A program made the translations under genes and the position numbers. Shown here in pieces: positions 38,332 through 50,830 of a stretch of 64,000 nt of DNA. How positions within the stretch are numbered: position 1 is the first letter of the stretch; each line of letters starts with the position of its first letter. The stretch is from the NCBI GenBank assembly GCA_044892525.1, contig CM097886.1, positions 131,502,001 to 131,566,000 on the forward strand, read 5' to 3'. The notes under the pieces are model-generated. The model did no database searches and was not told the origin of the DNA. It saw only the letters and a program-made list of their open reading frames with translations. The DNA is from Schmidtea polychroa (taxonomy: Eukaryota).

Positions 38332-39081
38332 ATGATGCCAAATGCCAAGCCCGTTTTACGTCCTTGCTTCTCTTGTTCAGACAAGAATGCAATAATCAAG
38401 GACCTACAGACCCAGATTGGACGGTATAAAAAGAAAATAGACGAGTTGGAGGGGACATGGTTTAGTCCCGCCCAGATGAAAGAGACCCAGAAAAAGTTAT
38501 ATCGAAGCGAACATTGTCGTGACGCTCTGATCTCCGAGAGTCGTGCACAAAGGAGTTTAATAAAGGAGCAATCCGAGGCCCTTCATAAACTATATCTCCA
38601 AGCAGCAACCACCCGGAAAATCGCAAAAATCCCTATCAACGAAGCCGATAATCTTTTTCCAGTGCACCACGATACCTCTGCCAGGTCTTCATCTCCGTTC
38701 AAGAAGTCTTGCCGTGAGTGCGTGGAGACCGAGCTCTCTCCTCGATGTCCAGATCTTATCTTCCCCGGGACTAGTAAAGCACAGCCAAACACCGCGTCTT
38801 CATCTGCCGTATCACGAATTACTTCAGTAGTTTCAAAACCTAAACGTCGACAGCTGTCGCGTACCGAACGCAAACGGAAACAATGAGAGCGGGCATCCAT
38901 CAAAAAAAGCACACCCTCGACCGTCACCCCTGTCAACAGCAACAGCAATCCCACCGTGGTCGATCTGACGACCGGGATCCCAGGGCGAGTCATCTCCGCC
39001 ACCGGGGTAACATGGGAGGAAAATGCCTCCGAATTCTTTGATTTAGACGAATTATTCGCTGACACTGAGTGGGAAAAATGA
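38332..39081 (+). pseudogene. EGTWF-family protein, ~249 codons, one in-frame TGA at 38884-38886
   Basis: RPCFSCSDKN...LEGTWFSPAQMKE...KRRQLSRTERKRKQ*...WEENASEFFDLDELFAD. Confidence 0.8.
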
Positions 39082-39676
39082 GACCTCCCCGGAAGAGCAT
39101 TCCTGGCGATTTGAAAATGGGGAGTCATATCATCACTGTTCTTATATTTTTCTTTACTCTATCGCAGTATATTTATGTGTACAAAGTTTCTGTGTTCAGT
39201 GTCATAATATTACAATAAATGTTTTGTGGTTCTTATACGTTTTCTCTAAATAAGGAGGTTGGTATAGCATAGTAGATACACCTGCAAGTTTCCCGATTCG
39301 ACAAACATCACTCGGTTTGCATTCAAGGAAACTCCAGTGGGAGGTTCGATCGTGTGATTAGACGTAAGTCCTTCTATCGGCAGTCGTGAGAGGAAAGTCG
39401 AGGCTTCAGTAAGGAGTAGTCCTAAGGCAGGGGCTCACCTGCTTACTGGTGTCTCGCCGACATAGTGCAGTTCCAAAGTGAAGAAATTCACGGGTGCTAT
39501 GTTGGAGGGCAGGTTGTGCGGGGTTCTGCTCATGGTTGACAAGGAAGTAGTCATTATACGCGAATGAGCAATCATCCCTTAGAGAAGGAGCTAAGTCCAT
39601 AAGAGCCAACCAGGTAGTACCCCAGCATAATTTTTGGGGGCGCAGCGGGATATTATTGAAATTTCTGTTTATCGAT

Positions 39677-40891
39677 TAGTGTTTCCAAACGAATGATCGA
39701 GTAACCGAGTACTCGTCTATTTTCAGATATTTTCCATTATTCGGTTAACCCAGTAATTTCGTCGAGTAACCGAGTAGTTACTTTAGATATAATTTTTTTT
39801 TCAAGCATAAAATATCAGAAATTATGATATTGGTTGCTATAGTAACATTCAATATTTTCTATTTTTCTTAACTAAGCAAGCAAAATTATAAGAATTAAAT
39901 ATTAAAAATACTATTTTTCTTAACTGTAAGATTTTTTTTCTAGTTTAAGAAATTGTATTTAATTCAGTGAAATATTTTACACTTTTACGCGTTCATCACA
40001 GAACACAGATTTTTAAAATTAATAAACTCAGTTAATCGTGCTTTGGTCGAGCTAGGGGTAGCGCCTTGTAAAAATGATAATATTGAATTGTTAAAAGAAA
40101 TTGTTTCAATTTTAGAACCGGCAAAAATAGCTGTTTTGGAATTGAGTAAACAAAATTCTAATTTATTGACTGGAGACGCAACATTACTATATGTGTTTCA
40201 AGAATTAGAATTGATTAAAACTCTGCTCGCGACAGAATTCTTGTTTAATTTAAAATCTCGAATTGAAAAACGTCGAAATAAAGAATTGATTACTCTATTA
40301 TCACTTCTACACCACGGCGTGTATCCAGAAAATAACAAATTTTTTGAATATTCAACTAAACATAAAGTTAAAAGATTTGCAACAAAAATAATGAACCGTT
40401 TATTTCCCAACCATTCTGAAAGTTCAGGCACTAATGAAGATGAGGAGCCTGAGTTGCTAAACCCATACAAGAAATAACAAAAGTGTATTTCTTCGTTTAC
40501 AACACCTAAACACCAAAATACCCGAAATTTAAGTTTGGAAAAAGAATGTAAGCTACTTGAAGTAAATAAAGGTAAACGTTCTGAACAACTTGAGAAATTG
40601 TACAATGCACTATTGACAATAAAGCCAACTTCTACAGCCTCCGAACGAGTCTTCTCAGTAGCTGGCACTTTGAAGACGAAAATCCGAAACAGAATGAACC
40701 CAGAAACCTTAAATGCGCTAATTTTCCTTAAATATTATTTCTTAAATAAATAAAAAGTTATATATACAATAAATATTTGATATATTTAATAAAATTTAAT
40801 TAAATTCTTTAATTATTTATCTTTAATTATTTAATTTTAGTGTCGAGTATAATAACCGAGTAACCGAGTACTCGCTCAATTAGAAACTTCA
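39677..40891 (+). mobile_element. Internally deleted ZBED-type hAT
   Basis: Subterminal CGAGTAACCGAGTA repeats at both ends; imperfect TIR; transposase C-terminus inside; no TSD seen. Confidence 0.8.
40043..40753 (+). pseudogene. hAT transposase C-terminal third with dimerisation domain
   Basis: LLTIKPTSTASERVFSVAG...RNRMNPETLNALIFLK; two ORFs in one frame separated by a stop. Confidence 0.9.
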
Positions 40892-41429
40892 GTGTAATAA
40901 GGAATTTCGTAAAAGTCACTTTCAATTTCCTTCGAAAATTCAACAAATTGTCGATGATTTAAGGCACGTCCCCGGATAAAATTCACAATTTTCGTCCCAA
41001 CAACAGTAACCTGTGTGTAAAAATTTAATGTTCCGAAAGTAAAAAGTTTTATTACAGGAATTGAGAAAGCGACAGAAAAATAATTTTACATACAAACACA
41101 GCACACATAATATAAAATATATGCAAATTTATTATAGCGTTTTTTTATTTCGAAAGTTAAAAGTAATTAACATATTGTTAACATAACATTATTTTTAATA
41201 TATTAAAAAATCATGGGGAAAATCACGAATCTGACAACTCTAGTTTGAGCTTTCGAGAAAAGAACAACAAAACCTCGTAAGATCTATTTATAAAATATTT
41301 TTGAAGTTAATATTTCTTTTGATTTTCAGATACTTCTCTGGAAACGCTACCTTTTTGCGAAGGTGAAGATCTGACAATATAAGAAAATTTTTCATTTAAT
41401 TACAAATAATTGAAATATTTTACAGTAAA

Positions 41430-41828
41430 TCAGATATTTCTTGTCAAATAAGTTTGTGTGAAGTAGCATTTCAACTTGCGGGGCCTCCCCCTCTTTCGTG
41501 GAGTTAACTCGGCTTCTTCGAGATCCTCCAGGGGAATCCCCTCTCTCTTGGCCCGAAGTTGCAGTTCTAGTTTCCTCAGCCGGATCTGAGCGGCTTCCAC
41601 ATCCCAGGCCACTTGATCTCGGGCCTCCTGCAGCCGGTTATTCTCCGGCTCCACATTCACCCACGCCGGGGCATCTACTTTGGGGCCCGTCCGGATTACT
41701 CTATCTGCGCAATCCAGGTCCCGTCCCTGACCCCACCGATGTATATGGTACCAGATGTACCGGGTCCGGAGTCGGGTGATCGTCTGCTGGTCAGTACCCT
41801 CGTCACTGCTAGAGCTGGATTGAGACAT
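41430..41828 (-). CDS. AT-hook-family protein, intact, 132 aa
   Basis: MSQSSSSSDE...RYIWYHIHRW...EAAQIRLR...PRKRGRPRK; ATTACAG acceptor 2 nt before the ATG. Confidence 0.75.
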   Translation of the reverse strand: MSQSSSSSDEGTDQQTITRLRTRYIWYHIHRWGQGRDLDCADRVIRTGPKVDAPAWVNVEPENNRLQEARDQVAWDVEAAQIRLRKLELQLRAKREGIPLEDLEEAELTPRKRGRPRKLKCYFTQTYLTRNI

Positions 41829-42938
41829 GTCTGTAATATAGATATTAAGACCCATGCATAACCACGGCGACTTATAAATAGACGTCACAACAAAACATAC
41901 CGAAATTTCTTGTTTAAAATCAATGATACTTAACTACTAAATTTATTATAATTAATATAAATACTTCTAACATAACCAAATTTTATTTACTTTATTGATA
42001 TACTTTTTAATTAGGTAAATTAAAGAAAAATTTATTAAAGTTAAGTGTTAACGTTAGAAAATTCATACCCGAACCGAAAATCTCCAAAAAATGGTTTTGT
42101 TTTAAATTATTATTTTAATCATTCGGCATTTATTTACCACTAGTTGGTAATTTGAATTTTATAAGTTGAAATTTTAGAATTTTTTATGTAATTTTAGGTA
42201 AATATGAATATTTCCACTAAATGCGGTTACGCCAGGCGAAGGGTACTAGTGACGAGCTCAGTCTCTTGCTCACTTACTCTCCCCCTGGTTGTATTCGTTA
42301 TAAGTGGTGAAATCATCGTTTATTCATTTGAGGTAATCTATTTCTTGATCTTATATACCTAATTTAGGGACAATTTGATGATTATTTTTCCCAGCTGGAG
42401 CTATCGAGGTTCAGTTTCTGGAACTCGCCCTACGATTCTTGGTCCGTGATCAGGATCTTGTATTCAAAACAAATTGTGCATGGTAATTTATTGCTCGAAT
42501 AAAATTGTAAAAATTCTTTTGTTTCTTCAATTTAATAACGATTAGATATTTGATTACCCATTTGGTGTGAGCTTATGTAGTGGATCATACCCTCTCATCC
42601 ATATCCCTAGATGACTTGAATATTAGTGACCCTCTACCGGGGGGGTGTTACTAAAAATAGCTTTCCAGAATTCTGATCCCTCCGATTGGCTCAAAAGGGT
42701 TACTTCTAATTTTAAAATTTTGGGAAATTCCTAAATCGATATTGGATTGATTTTTGGAATTAATAATCACTACTAATAATAATAGTCTATAATTGATATA
42801 GTATTTATAGGTTTAATAGCATACTCTACAATGATTAAAGATATATATACGAATACCTGTAATTAACTTATATGCACTAAGGACAAAATTATTACTAACA
42901 ATTAAGTTATGTATAATCGAGGATTTAATGATAATGAT

Positions 42939-43069
42939 NNNNNNNNNNNNNNNNNNNNNNNNNNNNNNNNNNNNNNNNNNNNNNNNNNNNNNNNNNNNNN
43001 NNNNNNNNNNNNNNNNNNNNNNNNNNNNNNNNNNNNNNNNNNNNNNNNNNNNNNNNNNNNNNNNNNNNN
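42939..43069. other. Assembly gap
   Basis: Run of N. Confidence 1.
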
Positions 43070-44188
43070 ATATTTTACCACTTCATATTTTGTATCTCAC
43101 AATTTAGGAATTCATTTTATGATTTAGAATGTTACATTTTGCAAGTTATAAATTTCCATTTGTAATTTAAAATTTTGTATTTTACAATTTACACATTTAT
43201 ACTTTATAATTTATAGTTATATAATTTATAGTTCATAATTTTATATTTAATAATTTACGACTTTATATTTTATACTTTTATATTTTATAATCTATAATTT
43301 TATGTCTTATAATTTAGGAATTTAGGTTTTATAATTTATATATTTTCTAGTTTATAAATTTAGGTTTGATAATCTACGATTTAATGTTCTACAATTTAAA
43401 AATTTTTATTTTATAATGTATAATTTTATATTTTACACTTTATGATCTTCTAGTCAGCTTTACCTAACTTCTTATGAATTACCTTTGTGATCAACACAGT
43501 TTCCCAAAAATTCTTCAGGTTTATTGGTAGCTATTTATAAGTTGTATTTCTCGAAATTCCCCATTTATATAATTAGTTATAAAAATTTCATAGTAACCTA
43601 TACTTTCCATTATTTAATTATTTATAAAAGCTACACTAAGTATTTATACATTTATGAATATTTTCAAGTGGGAGTTCGTAATTTAACTTTTTGGATTTAG
43701 AATATCTACTTTTACATTGAATTAACCTATCTAGATTAAGTTATTCCTATACGTATGCCGAATATCTCTCTCATTTCTATTACTTTACCATAAACTTCTA
43801 TTACAAAATCTAACTCGGCAAATGACTAAGTATAACTAAGATTGTTATTATTGATCAACCAGCTACATTACTGTGATTGCAGAATTGTGTAAGTTTAGGT
43901 ATGAGTTCTACTCAAATTATGACCTTAGTGTATAGTTGTTGTTCATGATTTTAAATGTTGATTTTAAATATGTGTTGCATAGAAGGTCGGGAAGAATATT
44001 GCTTCCATGGCCCCACTGTGACCACTTCCACAAACCTTAGTGTTGAGTGTTGAGTCAACCATTTACGATCGACCTTACATAAATACAAAGAGTCAGGCGA
44101 AGTGTTTCCTCGACCTAACTCCATGGCAGGACCATGAAGTAGTTCGACCTCCAGCTGACCCGAACAAAAAAGGGTTTTATAGGGTTTT

Positions 44189-47100
44189 ATGGCACAGTAC
44201 CAACATGATGTAAATCATGGGTGTCATGATGAGAAAGTAATCGTGTGGGTTTTTGATTAGCGGACAGCATAAAATGGTGCCAGGTTATTTCTTTTTCTGG
44301 ACTATCATCCCTTGGTAACGAGCAAACTCGTGTTGACCTATTCAACTACTCAATAATAATAATAATAATAATAATATCTTTGTTCTAGTGGAGTTCTGTT
44401 CTAAAAAAATAGATGATGAATCGTGTGATAGGTCTTTGTTTTAAAAATAAATGATGCATTGTCTTTGTTCTAAGAAGGATGAATCATCAATGAGTCATAC
44501 ATATGGGGGAGTGTGCAAAAAAGATGGAAAAGTACCCTATACTTAAACGATGAGTCTTTATTTAAATGTCTCTGTCTTTGTTTAAATATCTTTATTTAAA
44601 TGTCTTTGTTTAAAAATGATGAGGTATGTGTACTTTAGTGACCTTGTTCAGTCATAGACTCAGTGATCTGATTAAAAATGTTACTAAAAATAGATGACGG
44701 GTCACCGATGAGTCATATGCATTGTTCCTGAAAATATGTGAGTCATCGATGACATCATATGACCTTGTCGTTAAACCTAAAATGGCCCTGGCCTAGTTAC
44801 TAAAAATAGAAAGACCTTGGTGAGTCACGTGACTTTGACCTAGCTATCATGATTACTATAGATGAGTCGCGGGGGGTAGTGCAAAAAATGATAAACGATG
44901 AGTCATGGAGCACACTTCCTCCTACTAATATAAATTAAATTGATTTTTGAGAAAAAGGGAGAAATAAAAATCTTGAATCATTCTATAAGCAATAACACCA
45001 GCTTTCGAGAAAATTAATTACAGATCGGAAAATTTGTAGAATAATATCAGCAATTAGAACAGCTTATGATGTCTAAAGACACCGAACGTGACGTTTGCCT
45101 GTTTATTGTTGATGATATTTTACAATCTTGCATTTTTATTATTGTTGGGCACCAGGGGTTTGCCAGTCCATAAGCGGTGTAACTAGGGGTAGTGCCATAA
45201 TTAATTGGATTTTTCCCAGATACCCAAAATGATGATATTCCCTCCGATGTACCCATGACGTCGAGCCATGTTGGTGATGTACACCGAGGTCGGAATCTGT
45301 GGGCAAGTGAGGCCCTGCGTTAGAACTACTCCCTACAGCATTTGCGGTACGAGTTCCATACTGCCATAGAAGGGCTTACGCTTCACAACTAATTCCTCGA
45401 GTCCAATTGAGGTTACTTTATTTTGGTTACTTATTCACCCCAAAGTCTTAGAGTAACAGTCAAATAAAATAAAAATAAGTAAAGATTAAATAAACCGAAA
45501 ACATTTATTACGAAGATCACAATTTACAAGCACATCAAAGAAAGGTAAATCAGCTCCCCTGTACATTGTTTGATTTTTAAAATTTTTAAAGAATAGAAAA
45601 TAATAATAATTTTTTAATAAAAAGGGTTTATTTGTCTATGTGCGTGGGTGTTAATTGGATTTGCATGCATCGAAAATCTATTTATTGATTTGTATGTGCG
45701 AAAAATTCGTCTCTCCCTCTGACCACGAACCTACTGCATGGAGTGCCCTATCAAAATTTTCTGTACTAACACTGGGATTAAAAATCTTTTCCGTGAGCCA
45801 AGTATATCCGTCTACTCCGGTACTTGCAATTTACGAATTCGTCGGTAACGCACTCGTTTCTGTGGGAGTTTTCGTCGTGCGAAATGATGTTTTGGTGAAT
45901 AACCTGTGATGAGTATGTTTGTAATGCGATATCTATGTGTGTTCATATTGCGCTCCGTTATTATGTCATCAAAATTTCGACTGCCACTTTCCCTTTCCTC
46001 ATTTTATTATCTCGCAGCTGTTAAAGTGTAGTAATCAACTTATTTTGTCACGTTTATCGCGAGGGAAATTTAATAGGGAAGAAAAATTGCTGGAGATAAA
46101 CATTGCCATTCCTACCGATGATGGATGACCTCATAGTCGCCGTATGTTTACATGATTTTGGTGAAGATTGTTCCCTGACATATGATTCCTGTCGTATCGC
46201 GTCAGATTACCTAAATATTTGCCGAAATCTGCAAATGCCTATTTACTCCAGACCTCGCCTATCCCCAAGGTAGTCTATGGTCGCAATCAAGTAATGTTTA
46301 TCTCATATTCATCAGAACTCGGTACCAACTTCAATTTCCCCGAATTCTTATCGGATATTTACTGCCTGAATTTTGCAATGATTCCTTATCAGTGAACGCG
46401 ATCAGATTTTCCACGAGCTTGCACAAGCAGATGGATATGTCATTTTGCGACTACTCGTATCTACCGGTTAGCGATCAAACCGTTAAAAGTGCAAATTTGT
46501 GAAGAAAATTGGATTTATCGATCTACTACTCGTCACGGAAGCTATCCCCTCACAAGATGAACAATTCGAAAAGAAAGGAAGATTTGTGTCCTTCGTGATA
46601 TCCATCTAAACTCCAATAAAAACACTCTCTACGCTCCTATGGGAGGTGTAATTGAAAAATATTGTGACTGCTGAGCCAGAGAAACGATCATTTCTCGTTT
46701 ATTTCACATTCATTCCGAATTTCGCTCAATTCCTGTACCCAATCATCCAGCAAGGCGATCTGTGCCCTATCGATACGGGTATCAACAGTTCCAGACGCCC
46801 TCCCGGCTAATCGGCTCACCTCTCATCATCAATATAATTTCAAAGTAATTAAAATGATAAAATTTTAAATTATGACAAACAATACGTAGGTCATTCGGAT
46901 GGCAATCCTTCGTTCATTCATATCCTCACAGTCCTATGCTACCGCTACCTTGTGACCAATATCCGGTTGATTCTACCACAACTATTAATGCCACACCATA
47001 ATTTCTACCATAAAGCTCCATTTTCATATCGACATCAAAATAAAAGTGAAATATTACTCTATATTATAATAAAATAAACCTGTTCGTGCTTCCTTGTTGA

Positions 47101-48581
47101 GCTGAAACCGCTAATTCACAAATAGAATGGTAGGTAGTTAATTAATTTTGTCCTGTCGAATATAAGTTTAGATGTTCGTCGCACGGTAGTACCTTAAGTG
47201 AAATTTACCGCTCTATTTCCCTATATACTGGATTCTGTCCAATCAGAATCCAGTAAGTTGTATTATTATATTTTTATTCCTTTTTCTCCTTTTTTAATCT
47301 TTTATTATATTTTCTTTATTATTTTTGCAACTTTATTAATAAATAATATTTAATATTCTTTCTTTTCTTGAGGTTTTTGGGGTATTTTCTCGTATTTTTT
47401 CTTATTCTATTTATTTTTTATTAACTATTATTTCTATTTCTAGATTTGTTATTATTATGTTAATTTTTCGGTTATTTTTTTTGTTATTTTCTTTATTTTC
47501 CCTTCCTGGATGTAATTACTTAGGGTTTTTATTGTTATTTTATTTTGAAATATCTGTTTCCCATCTACCCTATTTTACTCTTTTATTTGGTCATTTCCCC
47601 TTAACTTAATTCCTATGTTTGTCATTTTATATGGTGTTTGGGTCCCACCGGGTTATCAGCCCAACATTATCAATGAATTAATAGAAAATATTTTGAAAAA
47701 AATATGATATAAAACATCTTACGAAAATAGAACTAATATAGAACTAAATTAGAACTAATAATAATTTGGATCTGCTAGAATTTGTCTCTTGTTTAGAATG
47801 TAGAGATACATGTTTTGGATATAGAATATAACCAACCCATTCAACAAATATTAATTGAAAAAGCCTCAAATATTACAAAATTTGCAATATGTTCATGATG
47901 AAAATGATTCTTGGAATAATAATGGGAATGAAAAAATAGTATAAAAGTAAATTGCAAAAAAAATCAGTAATTATTAATCGAACAAAGCTATACCATCTTA
48001 GAGGAAAAACTTATAGAATTTTAATCATAAGGTTATTTAATTCTAATTTGTTTGTAGATTTAAAAAAAAGTAATCGCACACCCAACCACGAGAAGCAGCA
48101 TTTCAGTCTGTCTTGCTCGTTGGGATGAAACTTTTAGAGGGAAAATTATTAGAAACTTTAGATCATCCTTGATCTAAGCGATCTCGCAAATTTCGAGAAA
48201 CACCCTCCTTCTTGATCCATTTCTTTATACAGCACTGAGAGGTATTAGTTCCAGCGTTTGTTCTTATTCTGAGGACGGTTCGAATAACCGATTTCCTTAC
48301 TTTAGTATTTAGCCTAGAATAAATATACGTTTTTGGACTTTTAGCAATATCACTCCATCTTATTCAAAAGATGGCAAACTTTGTTACCTAAGCCTCTTGA
48401 AAGTAAAACTGGTCTACTTGCTCGATGCACTTGTCCTAAATTTTTATAGATCACGTGTAACATGTGAAAATTCGCCGGCAGATCAAGACCAAGAACAAAC
48501 TACTTCAGCTGCATTATCTGCTGTTTTCACAAAGGGTCCGACTGTTTGAAAGTTGAATGACCACAAAAAAAAGCCTGAGAA
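44189..48581 (+). repeat. Segmental duplication, copy 2
   Basis: Near-identical to 1945-6314. Confidence 0.95.
45143..47666 (-). mobile_element. E2': duplicate of E2
   Basis: Same ends, same TTAT TSD and same flanks, so it was copied with the duplication rather than inserted independently. Confidence 0.85.
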
Positions 48582-49134
48582 ACCAACAGTGGCACCAAGT
48601 TAAAGTACAAAACGCAAAGCTTCACTGGCCAGAGGGGAAATAAAACAACAGAAAACTTAAAATTTCTGCTTAGTTTTCTCTAAAATGTTCAGATAAATTT
48701 TGTGATTAATAGTTGTCATATTTCTTATTTTCAAATTGTTTTAAATTTCAAATAAACTTTTCAAAAAGTTCAATTTTCATTTTTATTTAGTGACCATTAA
48801 AGTAATTTAAGGGACCACATTTAAGTGCTCAGTTTTAATTAGTTAGAGTGATCAAATCTGCAATTTAAGTGATTGTATATAATTCATTAAGGCGATCAAA
48901 AAATGTAAGTGATTATTTATGTAATTTAAGTCACAACGCTTTATTTTATATATTATAATATATTAGTTCAATATGTTTGAATTATATATTTCTAACTTTA
49001 TTGTCTGAGTGATGCATTAAACTTTAACCCTTTAACATGGCGCACCGTCCGAAGCGCGTAAATAATAATACTTTAATCATTAAGTTTAATAATTAAGTTG
49101 ATGTCGGAAAAGATCAAGTTATACAAAATTTTTA

Positions 49135-50830
49135 TTGGAACCATGCAGAAAATACTTTCACGGAAGGAAAAAGGAACTTCTTTTATACGACGGATATAGA
49201 CTGCGTAAAGACAGAATTATGGCGGATGGAATCATTTCATGGAGATGTTCAAGACGAGATTGTCGGGATCGCATTAAAACTATTCGTGAAAGCGATAAAG
49301 CAGTTGTTGTTACACAACACAACCATGCACCCGATCCAGATAAAAAGGTAGCATCAAAAGTTGTATCTGAAATTTGCCGACGAGCTGCTAATACTGTGGA
49401 GAAACCTAGATATATCATTCAGCAAAGTACAGCTGATATATCCTAGGCAGCAGCCAGTCACTTTCCAGAATATATAGCTTCTCAACTGACAATAGAAAGA
49501 GTACGAAAGCGACGTGCTGTTCAATACGGCCCAGTAAATTCTCTCGCTGATATCGTTATTCTAGAAAAGCTTCGGCAAATAAGTAATAATAATGAAAATT
49601 TTATTCTTTGGAACTCCGGAGTTGATTATCTGAAACGTATTCTGATGTTTGGAACTCAAACAAATCTAACTACCTCATCAGTTTAATCATTGGTGCATTG
49701 ATGGTTCAATTAAAGTATCACCAAGTATCTTTTACCAAGTCTTTACAATTTGGTAAATTATGAGGTTAATTCGCGTCTGTGTGCGCGTTGTATTCGGAGA
49801 GTGTTTGTGTTTGTATGCGCATACAGACGCGATCAGTGTCATTTTTTTGTGATGATTAATTATCAGTTTATGTCTCGCGTCTGTGTGCGCTTTTTACTTT
49901 AACATTGGATTAATTTGAGTGTGCACACAGACGCGGAAAATTGTCTGAATTCAGATTTTGGACAATTGTCGATTTAATATGTGAGTTTTTTCGATTCTCT
50001 GGAATGTGGTAGAGTTTTTGATTTGTTTAAAGTGATTTTAAATTTTTTTGGGAATTTAGTTTTTAATGGATGTTTAATGTTAATTCATGCTCTACATATC
50101 CACTTATCTAAGCTTTGCTTCCGGATAAATTAGAGGAAACATACGAACGTATTTTTTATAAAGTAAAAGAATTGGAGCCAACGCGGGAACCAGCAAGTAT
50201 CATTTCGGAAGCCAACCAGAATGTCTGTCAAGAGGCCTTTCAAGACGCTCGTCTGGTTGGATGTTTGTTCAATTTTGGTCAGAATTTGTGGCGTAAATTT
50301 CAAGAATTTAATCTTGTTACAACCTACTTTGATAACGAAAATTTACGAATGTACATAAAGATGTTATGAGCACTAAATTTTATTCCAGTTGAAGATGTTC
50401 CTTTAGCTTTTTAAGATTTGGTTGATAAGTGTCCTCCAATGACGATACCTTTAACAAAAACTACTGGAAAGATACATACATCGGCAGAAAACAAAAAAAA
50501 GAACGACGTAGAAACTGCAACTGTGGAACATCCGAGATCGTGTTATCGATAATTTTCCACGTACTAACAACTCGGTTGAAGATTGGGATCTTTCTTTGCA
50601 GCAGACAGTCGATCACCATCATCCGTCGGTCTACAAACTGGCCGATCACTTTCTTCAAGAACAAGATCACTATGAGTTGAAGGTTGAAAGATATCGTTGA
50701 AGCAACAGTTATCTTGAGGCATTCAAGCCTAAATCCCTTTGTCTATATCGTCGGCTCCAAACTTCATTACCAACATACGGAACAGTACCATTTGGAGACT
50801 ATTTGAGAGGAATTGCATACAATCTTAATT
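49135..50830 (+). pseudogene. FLYWCH + MULE (Mutator) transposase, decayed
   Basis: GYRLRKDR...SWRCSRRDC...HNHAPD; DGSIKV...QVFTI; LVGCLFNFGQNLWRK; ...RTNNSVEDW. Confidence 0.9.
49751..50081 (+). mobile_element. 331-bp insertion in the MULE gene, related to the 12284 solo LTR
   Basis: Starts TGGTAAATTATGAG; two CGCGTCTGTGTGC...GC(A/G)CA(T/C)ACAGACGCG hairpins; AATT duplicated; removal restores F-T-I-H-A; lacks a CA end. Confidence 0.55.

Larger units (their letters stand above)
35662..39627 (+). mobile_element. E6: 4.0-kb TG...CA element (solo-LTR-like)
   Basis: TGTTGGGCTGAGTCGG start, CCCCAGCA end; flanks share only TAA (imperfect TSD in a TAA-repeat); complete family layout. Confidence 0.75.

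Noticed and set aside
43070-43500. T-rich tract as the inverted head of another giant element starting TGTTGATC at ~43498
   Set aside because: Lacks the GGGC start, is made of degenerate minisatellite, and runs into a gap.
49020-49060. TTAACCCTTT piggyBac-like left end before the MULE gene
   Set aside because: No matching right end or piggyBac coding sequence nearby; cannot be paired with the 57291 end on present evidence.
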